Both the position numbers and the translations under genes were made by a program. A model generated the notes under the pieces. It made no database searches and was not told where the DNA came from. It saw only the letters and a list, made by a program, of their open reading frames with translations. Shown here one piece after another: positions 1-12,474 of a stretch of 64,000 nucleotides of DNA. The stretch spans positions 1,490,559-1,554,558 of the forward strand of contig NW_003314299.1 of NCBI RefSeq assembly GCF_000143415.4, given 5' to 3'. This DNA comes from Selaginella moellendorffii. Taxonomy: Eukaryota; Plantae; Lycopodiophyta. How positions within the stretch are numbered: position 1 is the first letter of the stretch; each line of letters opens with the position of its first letter.

Positions 1-480
1 TTATTGAGAGTGCTGGTATCTGGCAAGGTGAACGAGGCAATGAAGGTGGGTTTTCCCTGCTTCTTTCTGCGATTTGGAACTAATATGGCATGTGTTCTTC
101 TGTTGTAGCGCAAACCGAGACGGCGACTGGACCCGCTGTCTGGAAATGTTATCGTGAAACTTTTTGAGAGTTACTTACTCTGACGGGGTATGAATGGTAC
201 GTGACGAGCTTTGTTCCTGTTTTTTTCTTCGTGTGATGATAGGCGTATCCTTGTGGAAATTATCTATCCATCTGACGTTGCGGATTCCTCGACTGGACTA
301 GATTCGGCGGTTCGAGCAGAAGCTTTATATGCGTTACAGCAGCTAAAGAGAAGTCGGGATTCAACGTTAAGCATTTTGTACAGATACTCGCGGTTTTACC
401 GCCTTCATGCCATTTCACGAACATCTAGAGGATCGGCTACACGATTGGATCCATTGGCGTGGTTTTATAGCACGAATCGT

Positions 481-656
481 TTGAACTCACTGCTTCAGAC
501 GCTTAAGGTAATTACTTTTATCTCTTATCCTTTGTTGGTTTTTCCACAGTTGTGATTCAGGCAGTGTACCATATGCCTACGACCGAGAATGCTGTTCCCA
601 TTCCACTGGCTTTGCAGAGCCTCTTTGGCAAGCTGCAATATAGTGGTGATACATAA
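481..656 (+). pseudogene. Fragment of UBP12/UBP13 (USP7-type) ubiquitin protease catalytic domain at the end of an unidentified spliced ORF
   Basis: LNSLLQTLK, a GT..AG intron (508-560), then AVYHMPTTENAVPIPLALQSLFGKLQYSGDT-stop. This resembles the UBP12 segment NSLLQTL...AVYHMPTTEN...IPLALQSLFYKLQYSD. The upstream Cys box (NQGATCY) is absent. Confidence 0.7.
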
Positions 657-2218
657 ATTAGTTTTACAATTTTTTTGTAGGAAAACTTTATTTATAACAA
701 TTTAATACAATTCTGTGTGTCAAGAATTTACCTAGAATATCCAGGAATATCTAGTATATTCTTGAATATTCTTCATAAATTTTTTAAAACTTTTCGTATA
801 TAAACTTAAGCCAAAACTTATAAGAGGAACAAATGGCCATTTCTCTGTCTGGTGTTCCTGTCCCATAGGCATTGGTGATGAAACAATCGCCGGACAGCGT
901 TGCGAAACGCTGGATCCGGAAGAAACGCGTCCGCCAGCAGCGGCAGGGTAGCAAGAGCAAGGGCGAGCAACATTCTCATTCGTCGCAGAATCTACCTGAT
1001 AAGCACGAAGAACACCTATAGAGTTATTGAAAGAACTCTGCTGCTCCAAGCTTCCATTCTCACGAGAAAAGGTTGAAAAATAGTTTATTGATGATAGTTT
1101 GTGACAGAAGAAGTATGTAAGTCTTATCGGTAAGGATGACATACCATAACGATAATTTTCACGGACCACCTCTTAGCAGGAAAAAGAAAAGGTTAAAAAA
1201 CAATGCATGATTGTTATGTTTTTAAGCAAAACTAAGCAGGAAAATGGAGTTTACTCCGCGTGGATAGAATAGCGTGGGAGCCAATTTGTACTAGAGCTGC
1301 CAAAGTAGTCATTCACGTCTTTGGGTTCTTTTTCTCTTTTGCCAAGAATACAGATGTGCTAACAACACATAAGGGAACCATTCGATGGGTCCAAGCCCAG
1401 GACGTTTTGACTTGCAAAACTTCCTCGCATGGCTCTTACAGGTGGCATGGTGGCTATGAGTTCGCTCAAGTAACCAGCTCGACTCAGCAATCCCAGCAAG
1501 CAGCCGTAATGCTGCTTCTTGTGGGCCACTTCAAAATCGAAGCGAATGGATCGAAACAAGTTTCTTCCCTCTCCTTTGTCTGGAGTACCCAACATGTGAC
1601 ATCGTCCAGGGTTTCGACAAGGTTCACCTCCTAAAAGAGCTCCTTGACTCTACGTTTTGTGCGAAGCAATAATGGAGTTCCAAATGATTACATCTTGGGT
1701 TAGCAAGCCTTGAAATGTCCTTTTGGCTCGATCTAGATGACCGTTTTTGGCATATGCAGTAAACAAGGCAGTCCATGATACTAGATTTCTGATTTCCATT
1801 TTATCAAAAAGTAGTTTTGCTTCTTTATGTTGTGCAAAGCTTGACAGGATTATATTGTAAGAACTAAGGTCTTTTCTTGCAGAGAATCAAATAGATACGT
1901 AACTTCCAGCATCACATTCCCATTTGATCAATGATAAGGTTACTGTGTTTAAGATACATGCTTTGTGCGTAAGCAGCTACATTCGTACATGAAAAGATGC
2001 CGCGATCCAACAAGGTCCATCCGATCAAAGCCCTGCTCGCTTGACACGTGTGAAGTCGATCGTGAACGAATTACATGAGTAAAAAGTAAGGTTTGGTCGC
2101 TTTCAAAGTGGAGCGCGAATTCACAAATCCACGGCCACCGCTAGTTTGTAATGATGAAACATCACTTGGCACATATATCCGGCCAGGGAGGGCGGGCAAA
2201 CGCGCAAGATCGAGAGGC

Positions 2219-2482
2219 ATGGCGGCCAAGAAGCTCCTCTGGTGCGTCGTTCTTCTGCTCGTAGTTTTGGCTCCGGCTCCGGCATTGCGGATGCGCCGAT
2301 TGATCAGGGCGATCAGGGCGATTGGGCGCAGGACGGTGGTCCATCTTCTTCCGGCACCCTTGAGCGCGGCGGCAGGGCGGATGCACCGATTGATCAGGGC
2401 GATCAGAGTGATCATCAGGCGCAGGACGGTGGCGCGTCTAGCTCCACCCTCGAGCACGGCGACAGGGCAGATGATTTGCTGA
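2219..2482 (+). CDS. Putative small secreted protein (87 aa): signal peptide followed by two 30-aa Arg-rich repeats
   Basis: ATG at 2219 with a TATA-like catatat about 40 bp upstream. MAAKKLLWCVVLLLVVLAPAPA is a classic signal peptide. A 90-bp tandem repeat follows. Confidence 0.45.
   Translation: MAAKKLLWCVVLLLVVLAPAPALRMRRLIRAIRAIGRRTVVHLLPAPLSAAAGRMHRLIRAIRVIIRRRTVARLAPPSSTATGQMIC
2287..2473. repeat. 90-bp tandem repeat (2 units plus the start of a third)
   Basis: gcggatgc(g/a)ccgattgatcagggcgatcag... at 2287 and 2377, and gcagatg at 2467. Confidence 0.9.
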
Positions 2483-2639
2483 GTTGTCAGGCGCGCCGTG
2501 TGGGCTCACAAGATTTAACAAAATGCCTGGCGCTGAAGAATTGTGTCAGAAAATGGAGGCTAGAGATGGTTTCTGGATATGCCCAAACAGGGTATCTTTC
2601 GAGGTTGATTCATTTCATGCTAATAAATTGCTTGTACAA

Positions 2640-3662
2640 CTACATTGAGCATGGATATGTTTGTCTTACAAATGTCATGTTTCCCAGCTTATATGGAATA
2701 TTTGATAAAAATTTTATAGGTTTGTTGTAAGTGCTTCCAAACACCCTCTCCCATTTTACTTTAGAAAATTGTACATTCTCCGCATCCCAGTGAATTAAGC
2801 ACTTTGAAACCAAAGTCCCGTGAGAACTATACGCATGTAACTCATTATCTTTCATCACAACCAATTGTTTAATTGGCTCTCCATCCAGCTTTCCAGATAA
2901 ACATTCCCAGGCAGATGTCTCCTCATTCCAAAAATAAAGCCAATTTCCACCACTGTCCTTGAACCATTCTATTTTTACCAACAGTACCTTATTTAAAACT
3001 GTCATAGCTGGGATTACGCCACTCTCAATCACGCTAACGGTAAAAGGTTCACACCAACCCTTTGTACAGATGCTATGGCTCCCTATATCCAAGAATCGTA
3101 GCTCCAAACTCACTGCCTTAATTCCAACTGGGAAAGTTACACGCTCAAAAGCACCCACAATTCCATCTTGAAACACAAGCAGCCTTTCAAGCTTGCAATC
3201 TGTCGGCAATTCTGCTAGAACGCTCCATTCCTTTACATCCAAGTCATATCTTCCTAGTGTCTTGCCATCTGCTGCTATGTAGAGACTGCCTCTGAGGTAC
3301 ACCATTTGTGGATTGCTTGAAAAGGTGGTGGCGCAGAGATCTCTTGTGATTTGAATGCTGGTCCCCTTGGAAAGGTCAAACAGATGTGATTGCCCAAGCT
3401 CTCGTGAGTACATGATCACAAACCCCTCGCTACAACACATGACTTCCCAGTTTACTTGATTACCACCAACAATTGGGCATGGAACTGCCTTGATCCCTAA
3501 TATTTCATAAGGCAATCCTACCATCTTCTGTAGCACGTGATTCCATTCGAACACTTCTTGCAAGCCTTGTCGAGTGCCCTTGTCTACCCTTGAAAGGATC
3601 TCCTCCAATAACTCCTCTGGTACCATGACTCTGCCACAAGAACAACCTAATATGTTAGCCAT
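2640..3662 (-). CDS. Intronless F-box protein with a beta-propeller/kelch-like C-terminal region
   Basis: 340-aa ORF with an N-terminal F-box-like VPEELLEEILSRV...W. It also has CCSEGFV and YLRGSLYIAADGKTLGRYDLDVKEWSVL, typical of F-box-associated/kelch repeats. Confidence 0.65.
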   Translation of the reverse strand: MANILGCSCGRVMVPEELLEEILSRVDKGTRQGLQEVFEWNHVLQKMVGLPYEILGIKAVPCPIVGGNQVNWEVMCCSEGFVIMYSRELGQSHLFDLSKGTSIQITRDLCATTFSSNPQMVYLRGSLYIAADGKTLGRYDLDVKEWSVLAELPTDCKLERLLVFQDGIVGAFERVTFPVGIKAVSLELRFLDIGSHSICTKGWCEPFTVSVIESGVIPAMTVLNKVLLVKIEWFKDSGGNWLYFWNEETSAWECLSGKLDGEPIKQLVVMKDNELHAYSSHGTLVSKCLIHWDAENVQFSKVKWERVFGSTYNKPIKFLSNIPYKLGNMTFVRQTYPCSM

Positions 3663-3815
3663 CTATTTATGGCTATTTGGAAGGAATAAAGGTATAATAT
3701 TCTTGGAGATAATTCCACTGTAATCGAATTTGGTTTCTTGATGGACAGACTCAGATAAACGTTTGTGGTTGCCCTTATTACGTAGTAGCCTTACAATGTC
3801 ATACTTTTCCACTGT

Positions 3816-6639
3816 TCATTCTAAACTCGTCAACCGTTTTAGATCAGGAAATACTGCTCCGTAGTCAAAGCCATAATAGAAACTGAATGTTCTCTCTGCC
3901 ATTGCTAAGCATTCCCTTGCGGCTCCTGTGATCCCTGCAATAGATGCGAGCTTCAGACGTTCATATGCCATTGCAATGTGATCTTTCCCGTATATGCGTT
4001 CAAGAATCTGAAGAGAACGAAAGATAGAACTAAGTCGTCACAAAACAGTAATTTACCTCTATTGACCTTCGTGCGTGAACTATAGCGGCTGCAGGCTGCT
4101 GTCCTGCTTCACAATATAGTCTTGCCACTATGTCTTCCATCTGAAATGCAAAACTCATGAAGATATGATTTGCAAAAAATAAAAACGCACCTGAGCCAAC
4201 TGCTTGTTGAATGGATGGAAGCACTTTCTACCGTTCTCCAATAACCTTAAGCCATCAGCTATTGCCTCGTTCCCATTTAAACGGCTGCCGCAAATTTGAA
4301 GATCCTCCAGTTCTTTCTGCCATCATCTTTCAAACTTCTAACCGCTTTACATGTCAAGCATCGTTTAGCAGGCAGAATAAACTGGGGTGAATCCTTGTTT
4401 ATATCCTAGCAACACCCAGCCCCTCAGCAACGACACCGCGGCATAAAAAGAAAAACATACCTGCGGCAGAATGTTGCAATGCTCGATAAGAAACCTCACT
4501 GTGCCAGAACCTCCAGGCAGAAGTATATCCTCGTCGGAAGCGTCTGGATCCAGCACAATGCCTTGACAGCCAGGTTGACAACAGTAGTATGCGATATGGA
4601 GCAAGTCCGACACTAAACCCAGCCGGCAGGGCTCGCAGGAGCATTCAAAAAGGTAGTGATCTCTTAGCCATATCTTTCTCTGTGACTTTTCAGATTCTCC
4701 GACCTGGCCAAAAGCAGTCAGTATAAGCTAGTCAGATGAGCTGCTTACTTGAACGCCATAGCTTATCTCGAGCGGACAAAAAGCTGGAAGCGCCTCGGTA
4801 CAATGAGCACGTAAGGTGCGCTTGACATATGAGACATGGACGTTGGGGCTACAAGAATGATTGAACTTGCTACCACGCACAAAAAGAGCTTGAGCAACCA
4901 CCACCTATTCAGAAAAGGGTATGGCATTAAAACAGGAGTATAATACTACCAATTCAGCTTACATGCTCAATCCCACAGATGTGCGCTCCCGACGAACTAC
5001 CAGTCTCATCTGATGAATAGATGTGTATGATTCCCATCGCATTGAATCGAAGCATTGCAAGCAAAAGAACAAGCTGCATGAAGAGAACAAAATGAGCACG
5101 CACTTTTTCCTAGTTGAACAGACCTTGGCGAGAAGATCTTCAAAAGAAAACGCCAACCAAGAGGCCTTCAGGCACTTTGCTAGAGTAGCAGCCAGGAGAT
5201 AGAGCTCAACTTTAGTTTGAGATGGAAGATCGTTATAATGGTGGCAGAGATCAACCTCGCACTGCTAAACATTAAAAAGCTGTTATAGAATATGTAAGTG
5301 TTACCTGTAAATTAGTGACTAAGATTCTAGCAGCAAGAACACCCTCTTCGGGAAGAGCAGCAGCCCATCCACTGCCTCCACATTCCAATTTATGCTCCAC
5401 TGGACAAAGGTTTTACAATTCTTATCAGAACGAAACTTGAAATGTTTACCTGTTGCATCATCACGACAAGCATCGTTACAATATGATACAACTCCACATC
5501 CGATACAGGGAACAGAATCTGCTGGTACCACACCGAAACAGCCATGACAATGTGTAGGACGATGTTTTTTCAACAAGATCTGCGATATTGCAAGTGTTTA
5601 CTCTCAATTTAGAACAAAAAGAAAAAAAATGCATACCCCTGCTAAAGCTTCTTCCGAATGAACGAGCGTGCCAGCCTGAACTTCCGATGTTGTTCTCAGT
5701 CCCCACTGCTTATCAGCGCTCCAATACATCGCCGTCTGAGCCGAAATACCAGCCTTCAAAGATGTGCTTAAATCTAGAGATGTTTTAAGCTTATAAAGAA
5801 CATAAAAAAAACAAAAAACGATCATCACCTCTTTGCGCCTGTGGTGAGGCTAGCTTAAGCTTTTGACGAACTTGGAGGAGCTCAACCTCTACTTGCTTTT
5901 TGCCGCTCACCGAACACTCGCGAGTATGAGCAGCTTCCATGTCCAGGACAGCTCCTTGGTAGTCACACAAATCGGCCTTGATAAGTCCTCTCCTGTACCA
6001 TGCCTCTAGCACCAACATTTATCAGTCTAGAGTTCCCAGAACTCACAAACTTACTTTTGCATATGATTCGTTCAGCGCAATTGCTCGGCCACAATCCCTT
6101 ATACCTTCCATTTTTAAGCCCGATTTCTAGCACAGCATGAGCTTATTAGTGCACTCAAACGAGAGAAAAGAAAGAAAGGAGCGCAAAGAGGAACCACTCT
6201 TACATGAAAGCTTGTCGCACGGTTCGAAAATATAGTCGCCAAATCATTGCACGATGCGGAATTCCAAGGCATAAGCTTCAATGCCTGGTAAGATCCAGAG
6301 GAGATGAGTTTTCGTTTTACTTCGCAGCCATACCTTTGTGTAGTCTTGTATTGCTTGTTTGTAATTCCGCTGCTGAAATGCTCTGTTTCCATCTGCCTTG
6401 TACTTCGCAGCCGATTCGTAATCCTTGCCACACGTAGTCGGCTGCAAAAGCCGGTCCAATGCCTGGATCGCGCAAAATGTAAGCTCAAACATCAACAAAA
6501 AACCACTTACATGACGAAAGACTGGATCGCGATCGAGAAATGCGGCAAGCGCGGCTGCTGTAGACGCGATTTCCGCCTCTTTGCTGCGCTCGATGCGTTC
6601 CAATAGTGGCCCTGGAACCCTTGCTCGTAGGCGCTCCAT
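3816..6639 (-). CDS. TPR + SET/MYND-domain protein-lysine methyltransferase (SMYD4-like), multi-exon
   Basis: TPR segments (KYKADGNRAFQQRNYKQAIQDYT, NRATSFH, AWYRRGL), a MYND finger (HCHGCFG..PCIGCGVVSYCNDACR..EHKLECGG), a SET motif (SKFNHSCSPNV, EISYG) and post-SET YLFECSCEPC. Stop codon at 3816-3818. Confidence 0.85.
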
Positions 6640-6893
6640 TCAAAAATCTTTTAAAACCCTAAAAGGAATGAGAAACATTGGTGAAGATTGGTCATGGTCT
6701 ATTTGGGTGTTGAGACTTGTTAGAATTGTATGGTCATTATATCAACTTTTATTCAAGATGAGAAGAGAGCAAAGTGACATCATGTTCTATTATTAACTAT
6801 AATTAAAAAAACTAAAGTATATAATTTTTACCTTTACATGTACCAATTTATTTGTTGTTCTTATAGCTCTTGTATACTAAACATAACACAATT

Positions 6894-7069
6894 TGTGAGT
6901 GTTTAAAATATGGAAAAGAAATATAGAAAATGTGCATATTAATTAGCCCAAAAACCCTAGTTTATATATAGAAGCAAATGGTCCAAATTAAAACTAATTT
7001 GATAGCTACTAAAATCCCACCATACTAATATTAGTATATGGTATCGTAGCCGTACATTTGGACCTCACA
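6894..7069 (-). repeat. 3' LTR of gypsy copy 1 (176 bp)
   Basis: TG...CA termini with 6-bp terminal inverted repeats. Homologous to 12312-12474 and to the reverse complement of 13753-13927. Confidence 0.85.
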
Positions 7070-7218
7070 TCATCCCCTCCTCTTGAAAGAATGAAAGACT
7101 ATCAAAGTTCTCTTGTAGATAGGTCGGGATCTGGAGGAATGTCAGAAGAAGGTATTAGTGGATCTGTAAGTGGTATTAGTTGTTCCTAATCCCTTTGTAT
7201 GAAGTGTTTCAACCATTG

Positions 7219-8364
7219 TGTAAGCCACAAATTTTTCCTTTCTAATTTGCCAGCTTACCTTATTTATTCGACCAACACTGCCTTAGCTTTTACTAAGTTC
7301 CCTCGCCAAGGTTCCCGCTTATTGTACCAACTCCTACTTGGTCCTACTTAGTTTCAGCTACTCATTGCATGAGTAGCTATCCATCCACAAATTCCCAAAT
7401 CTCTCCCAATCCCCCTCCCCGAGTTAAACTAAATTTAAGGTTTAGCTACACTCCTCGTATGCACAAGCAGCCAAGCACACCAAACCTCCAGGTTTCTAAC
7501 ATCCCTTGGTACAACAAGATTTGATCATGAGACCCTCTAAATCACAAGCCTTGGATGCAACACTTTTTTTGGGACCCCGGGGCCTAACGGCCCGGTATGG
7601 GATATTTTAACCCCCCCCCCCCCCCCCCCCCCCCAACTTCCATCCTAAAGGGAAGGCCCAAGCCCCTAAAAAGGGTGAGGACCAATGACCCACAATGTAT
7701 TTAAGTGGGGCACCACTCCACATGAGCCAAGAGCATTGCAGTTGGTTTCTCTTTTGGGAGTGGGAGTTACTCTTGAGCACTTCCTTGGGTGGCCCCTTTG
7801 GCACCACCTGAGTCCATGCTCACTCCCACCTAAGGCCCCTTGGCCCCAGTCTCAACCTCAAGTCAGTTTGGAAACACCACTGGAGAGTTCTTTCAAGATT
7901 GGTTTCTGGACCTTACTATCTCTACTATACTTTTGGAACCCCTTGCAACCCCCCCCCCTCCCCCGGGAGACACATGCTTTGGGCTTTCACCCCTTGACCT
8001 GTATTAGTACTCGGACTCGGTCTCGGACTTGATCTTGGACTTGATCTCGGACTCGATCTTGGACTCGACTTTGGACTTGGTCTTGGACTCGATCTCGGAC
8101 TCGATCTCGAACCCAATCTTGGACTTGACTTCGGACTCGACCTCAGACTCGGTCTCGGACCCGATTTTGGATCTCAGACTCTGTCTCAAACTCGGTCTCC
8201 AAGTCGGCCTCGGACTCGATCTTGAACTCTATCTCGAACTCGGTCTCAGAGTTGGTCTTGAACTCAATCTCAGACTTGGTCCCATCCAATGAACTCTTTG
8301 TCATTTCGGTTATGCTTTCGGGGATCCTTTAGCTTACGACACCTCGGGGAGTTGGTTCCTTACA
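7219..8364. mobile_element. Nested solo LTR of a different family, inserted in the 3' end of copy 1 pol
   Basis: Termini are TGTAAG...CTTACA. The flanks cattg/cacta correspond to the single cgcta at the empty site in copy 2, i.e. a decayed 5-bp TSD. Removing the insert restores collinearity with copy 2. Confidence 0.75.
8005..8280. repeat. Degenerate 6/12-bp minisatellite (GGACTC/GATCTC-type) inside the solo LTR
   Basis: Repeating ggactcgatctc / ggacttgatctt units. Confidence 0.85.
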
Positions 8365-11300
8365 CACTACATATGCATAATTTCTGGAGGATCAACTTGC
8401 TAAATGTCATGCCAAACCTTATAAACTTGTGGTCTAACTTGCCGTAACACCCAATATAGTCCTTTCCACTGAGCAAAGAGCCTTTTAGATAAACCATATA
8501 CTATAAGATGGGGAAAATAGACTAACACCAAGTCATCCACTTTGTACTCCACAGGTGGATGATAATGGGAGTTGTAAAGTTGTTGTTATCCCACTTGTAC
8601 GTAGCCTAAGTGTTCGGCAAACTTTGCTTGGACAAGTGGAAGAATGCTCATCAAATACTAATCCCACAACTTAGCATCAGTAGCTCATGGCAATTGCGAA
8701 GGTAAACCCAGCTTCATTGGTAATATTGGATCATGACCATATAAAGGTTTATATGGTGAAGCACTAACAGAACTCTACACCCCTGTGACATATGTATACC
8801 GAAGATATGGCAAATAGCCATCTCAATCCGAATGCTAAAAGTTCATATACTTCACGATCATTCTTTTGAATGTTTGAACAAGTTGTTCCACCAAACCGTC
8901 TAACTGTGGATGATAAGCACTTGTGAAAGTGTGGTGTATCCCCAACTGAGACATCAAAACATGAAATGCCTCAACCATAAATGCAGAACCATTATTCGAA
9001 AGAATTCGTTTCGAACAAGAATGCTGGAACACCACTTGATTAAGAAGGAAGTATTCAACAACAGTTGTAGAGGCACTAATAAGAGCACCAACTTCCACCC
9101 AACAAGTCAAATAGTCAAAAGCAATAATAACATATTCATTGTCAGTAATCAATTGTGGAAAAGGTCCCATAAGATAAAATGCCAATAGATGGAAAATTGC
9201 AATTGACTCTAACCGTCCTTCCACGGCACGAGGGGGAGTATTATGAACTTGGCACCAAAGTAGCTATGCATATACTGGATAACCTCACGTCACATCTCTG
9301 GCTAATAAAAAGATCTGCATAACTTCTCGGTCACATGACGATATCCCATATGCCCACCTAGAATAAGTGAATCATGGTAGGCATAAAGAAACCATGGAAT
9401 AAAGACGGAAGACACCACCAGCCATAAAGGATCATCAAGATCTGTTCCCACAAAATAAAGAAGGCCGTCTTCAAGGCGAAATTGAAAATGTAAATACCGA
9501 AATGGCAAGTCATTAGTAAGTGATGCAAGACATTAACACACCTCTAAGACCAATATCAGAAGTATTCATGCACAAAATAAAAGGTCGAGTGTAGTCAGGA
9601 TATGCCAAAACTAAAGGAGTCATCAATAGCTCTTTGAGATCCATGAACGCCTGTTCACAATCTGAAAGCTAGATGAAAGATGTAGTTGATGACTTCAGCA
9701 ACGCTCGCAATGGTGCAGTGCGATCAAAAAGATGATCCACAAAATGACCAAAATACTACACTTTGCCCAAGAAGCACTACACATCATTCACACACTTCGG
9801 AGTAGGGAACTTTAGAATGGCTACAAGTTTGTTAGGATCAACTTGCAAACCTTCACGAGAAATACGGTACCCAAGATAAGTTGTGTCCTTGGACTCAAAC
9901 ACGCACTTCGATCGCTTCAGCTTTAAACCAACGTCTCGTAGCCGATCCAACATTTTACAAACATCATGAACGTGCTCCTTCCACGTCCCCTCCAAGTGGA
10001 TCAAGGCATCATCAATGAAGTCAGTAGTTACCTTCGTCATATCGCAAAGAACCTCGTCCATCATTTGCTGGAAAGTTGTTGGAGCATTGTTCAAACCAAA
10101 TGGCATCACTAAGAACTCATACAAATCAAATGGTATATGAAAAGCAGTCTTAGGAATATCTTCTTCGGCCACTGGTATTTGTTAGTACCCAGAAGCAAAA
10201 TCTAGCTTGGTGAACCAACGACTTTGCCCCAAACGATTCAAGAGATCAGCAGTGTGAGGAAGAGGGTACACATCTGGGATCGTCACTTTGTTTAACAGAT
10301 GATAGTCAATGCAGAAACAAATACTCCCATCAAACTTCGTCACAAGATGAGGTTCACATGCCCAAGGACTCCACAATTTCCAAATAACACCCTTCTCCAA
10401 CATCTCCTTAACATTTGCACATAAAATCTTGATCTCTTTGGGTGATCGACGACGAACAGGAACTTTGATTAGACAAGCATCTTCGATTGGAGTCAAATGA
10501 CGTGTGGCAATTTTGGCCCCAGACGATAAGTCAAATTCAAAGAGATTAGAATATTCCTTCATGAGCTGGTTAACCGTTACAACACAAAGATTTTTGGAAG
10601 GATCAGAAAAGGGAAGAGCAAAATAAGATGGAAACACATGAGGAAATAGTGGGGGAACAAAAGTAATGGAAGCAAAGGTAAAAGTAGAGAGACGAAGAGG
10701 TATAGAAGTGAAAGGAATAGATGAAATATAAGGAAGTATTAAACAAAGGGGAGAAGCCTCAAAGTCACATTTGGCATGATTGTGCTGCAACTAATTCATA
10801 CCAAGGATGAGGTCAAAAGCTTAACTCGGCACCACCCCCAATGACTGCAACCCAAGATTGCCCACACACACAACCAAGTCCGCCTCATCTCATGCATATG
10901 CATGAGTACGGCCATTGCCATAAAGAATGAAAATTGGTTTCGCCGCATGATGCAAGTGTAAACGGCAACATATAGTAACAAGTCGAGCAATAGAAGATAA
11001 ATTCGAACTTATATCAACCAATACGGAGAAAATAATAAGAGACCTCTTGTTATAAAAACGAACTTGGAAAGTAAACACTGGATGAACTAGTGCCAAGTGA
11101 ACCCCTTGATGATACTCTCGAAAAAAAGATGGAAGGGTCACTGACTTATTCACGCAAGGTCCCTTTGTTACTTGTGTGACTCCTCATTTTCTGGATGTAT
11201 CTCGGTGTCCAAACCTTCTACGGCAGCAACACCAACAAGACGTTGTTGATGCCAAGGTCTCCACCCAGGAAATGGAGGTTGCTAATCCGGAAAACCCCGA

Positions 11301-12311
11301 CAATGCCGATAAGTGTGACCAACTTCATCACATGCCCAACAACGAACGTCATGACCACGACCACGTCTTTGCCCTTGTCCTTGGACTTAAGCAATAGCAA
11401 TATCAACCTCCATTGGAATAAGACCATCGCCCATAGGAAGTGGAGCGGAAGGACGTGCAGCGAGAAGTGGAAGATGCGATGTCTCATAACATTGTGCCAA
11501 ATGAAGAGCATTATCAAGGGTGGCTGGAGTAAGTGCATGCACAAGTTTGACAAGATTTTGACAAAGTGCTGGCCACAACATTCCTAAGTTGATTTGCTCT
11601 GACATATTTGGCTTTGCACAAAGCAAGAGGCTTAGGAAACAAACGCCAAATTGCATCACCGACTTAAATGGCCTTTGATGAAGATGATGTAATTGCTGGA
11701 AGGTATCATCATAATTGTTGGCATGTCCGAATGCACGTTTAAAGACGTCCGAGAGAACACTTCAATCCCCACGAGTGGCTGCATTCAAACCATTGTACCA
11801 TTGCAACGCCGTCCCTTGAAAACACGTGGGAAACTCATATAAACGTTGAGCATAATCCCAAGAATGATATGTGGCAATCACTATGAAGTGATCAAACCAA
11901 TGATACACATCATCCCTAGGATTCCACGAAAGAACTCCAGCTAAACACGAAGATTGGCACCAAGAGCAAGAGGAGTTGTACCATGTGTCGTGAATGCCAC
12001 CATCAACTATGTTTGGTTATTCAATTGCAATTGCATGGCATCAAGCAATTGCACCAACTGCTGCTCCAGAGTCAAAGGAGGAGATTGCTACTTTGCCATG
12101 AAGATGAAGGAAAAAGAAAGAGCAAAAGAAGAGAAATGAGAAAAAACTAAAAGGAAAAAGAGATCTAGACAATGGAAAAACTAAATCTAAACCAAAATTC
12201 TGAAAGGAAAGAAAAAAAGAAAGGAAATGGAAAAAGTTAGATCTAAATGATGCAAAAGTTAAATGCAAACCAAAACCTCAAATCTAAGCACTCCTCAAGG
12301 ACAATGAAAAA

Positions 12312-12474
12312 TGTGAGTGCTTGAAATATGGAAAGGGAATATAGAAAATGTACATATCAATTAGCCCAAAAACCCTAGTTTATATATAGGAGCAAGTGGT
12401 CTAAATTGAAACCAATCTAACAACTACCAAAATCTCACCATGCTAATATTAGTATACGGCATCGTAGCAGTACA
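12312..12474 (-). repeat. 5' LTR of gypsy copy 1 (outer end truncated)
   Basis: Homologous to 6894-7056. Similarity ends in AT-rich DNA. Confidence 0.8.

Larger units (their letters stand above)
6894..12474 (-). mobile_element. Degenerate Ty3/gypsy LTR retrotransposon (copy 1)
   Basis: 3' LTR at 6894-7069 (TGTGAG...CTCACA) with an adjacent polypurine tract, and a truncated 5' LTR at ~12312-12474. Remnants of gag, RT (YEFLVMPFGLNNAP, FIDD) and integrase (YHPQLDGLVEQ) carry many stops. Most of RNase H is deleted near 9530. Confidence 0.9.

Noticed and set aside
732-1634. ORFs of 145 and 124 aa
   Set aside because: Non-ATG starts, no motifs, and no splice model I could support.
8005-8280. Possible CRISPR-like array
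   Set aside because: Contiguous 6/12-bp units with no unique spacers and no cas genes, in a eukaryotic context.
7925-8292. Repetitive ORFs (SSPR, ESE and LDL repeats)
   Set aside because: They are translation artefacts of the minisatellite inside the solo LTR.
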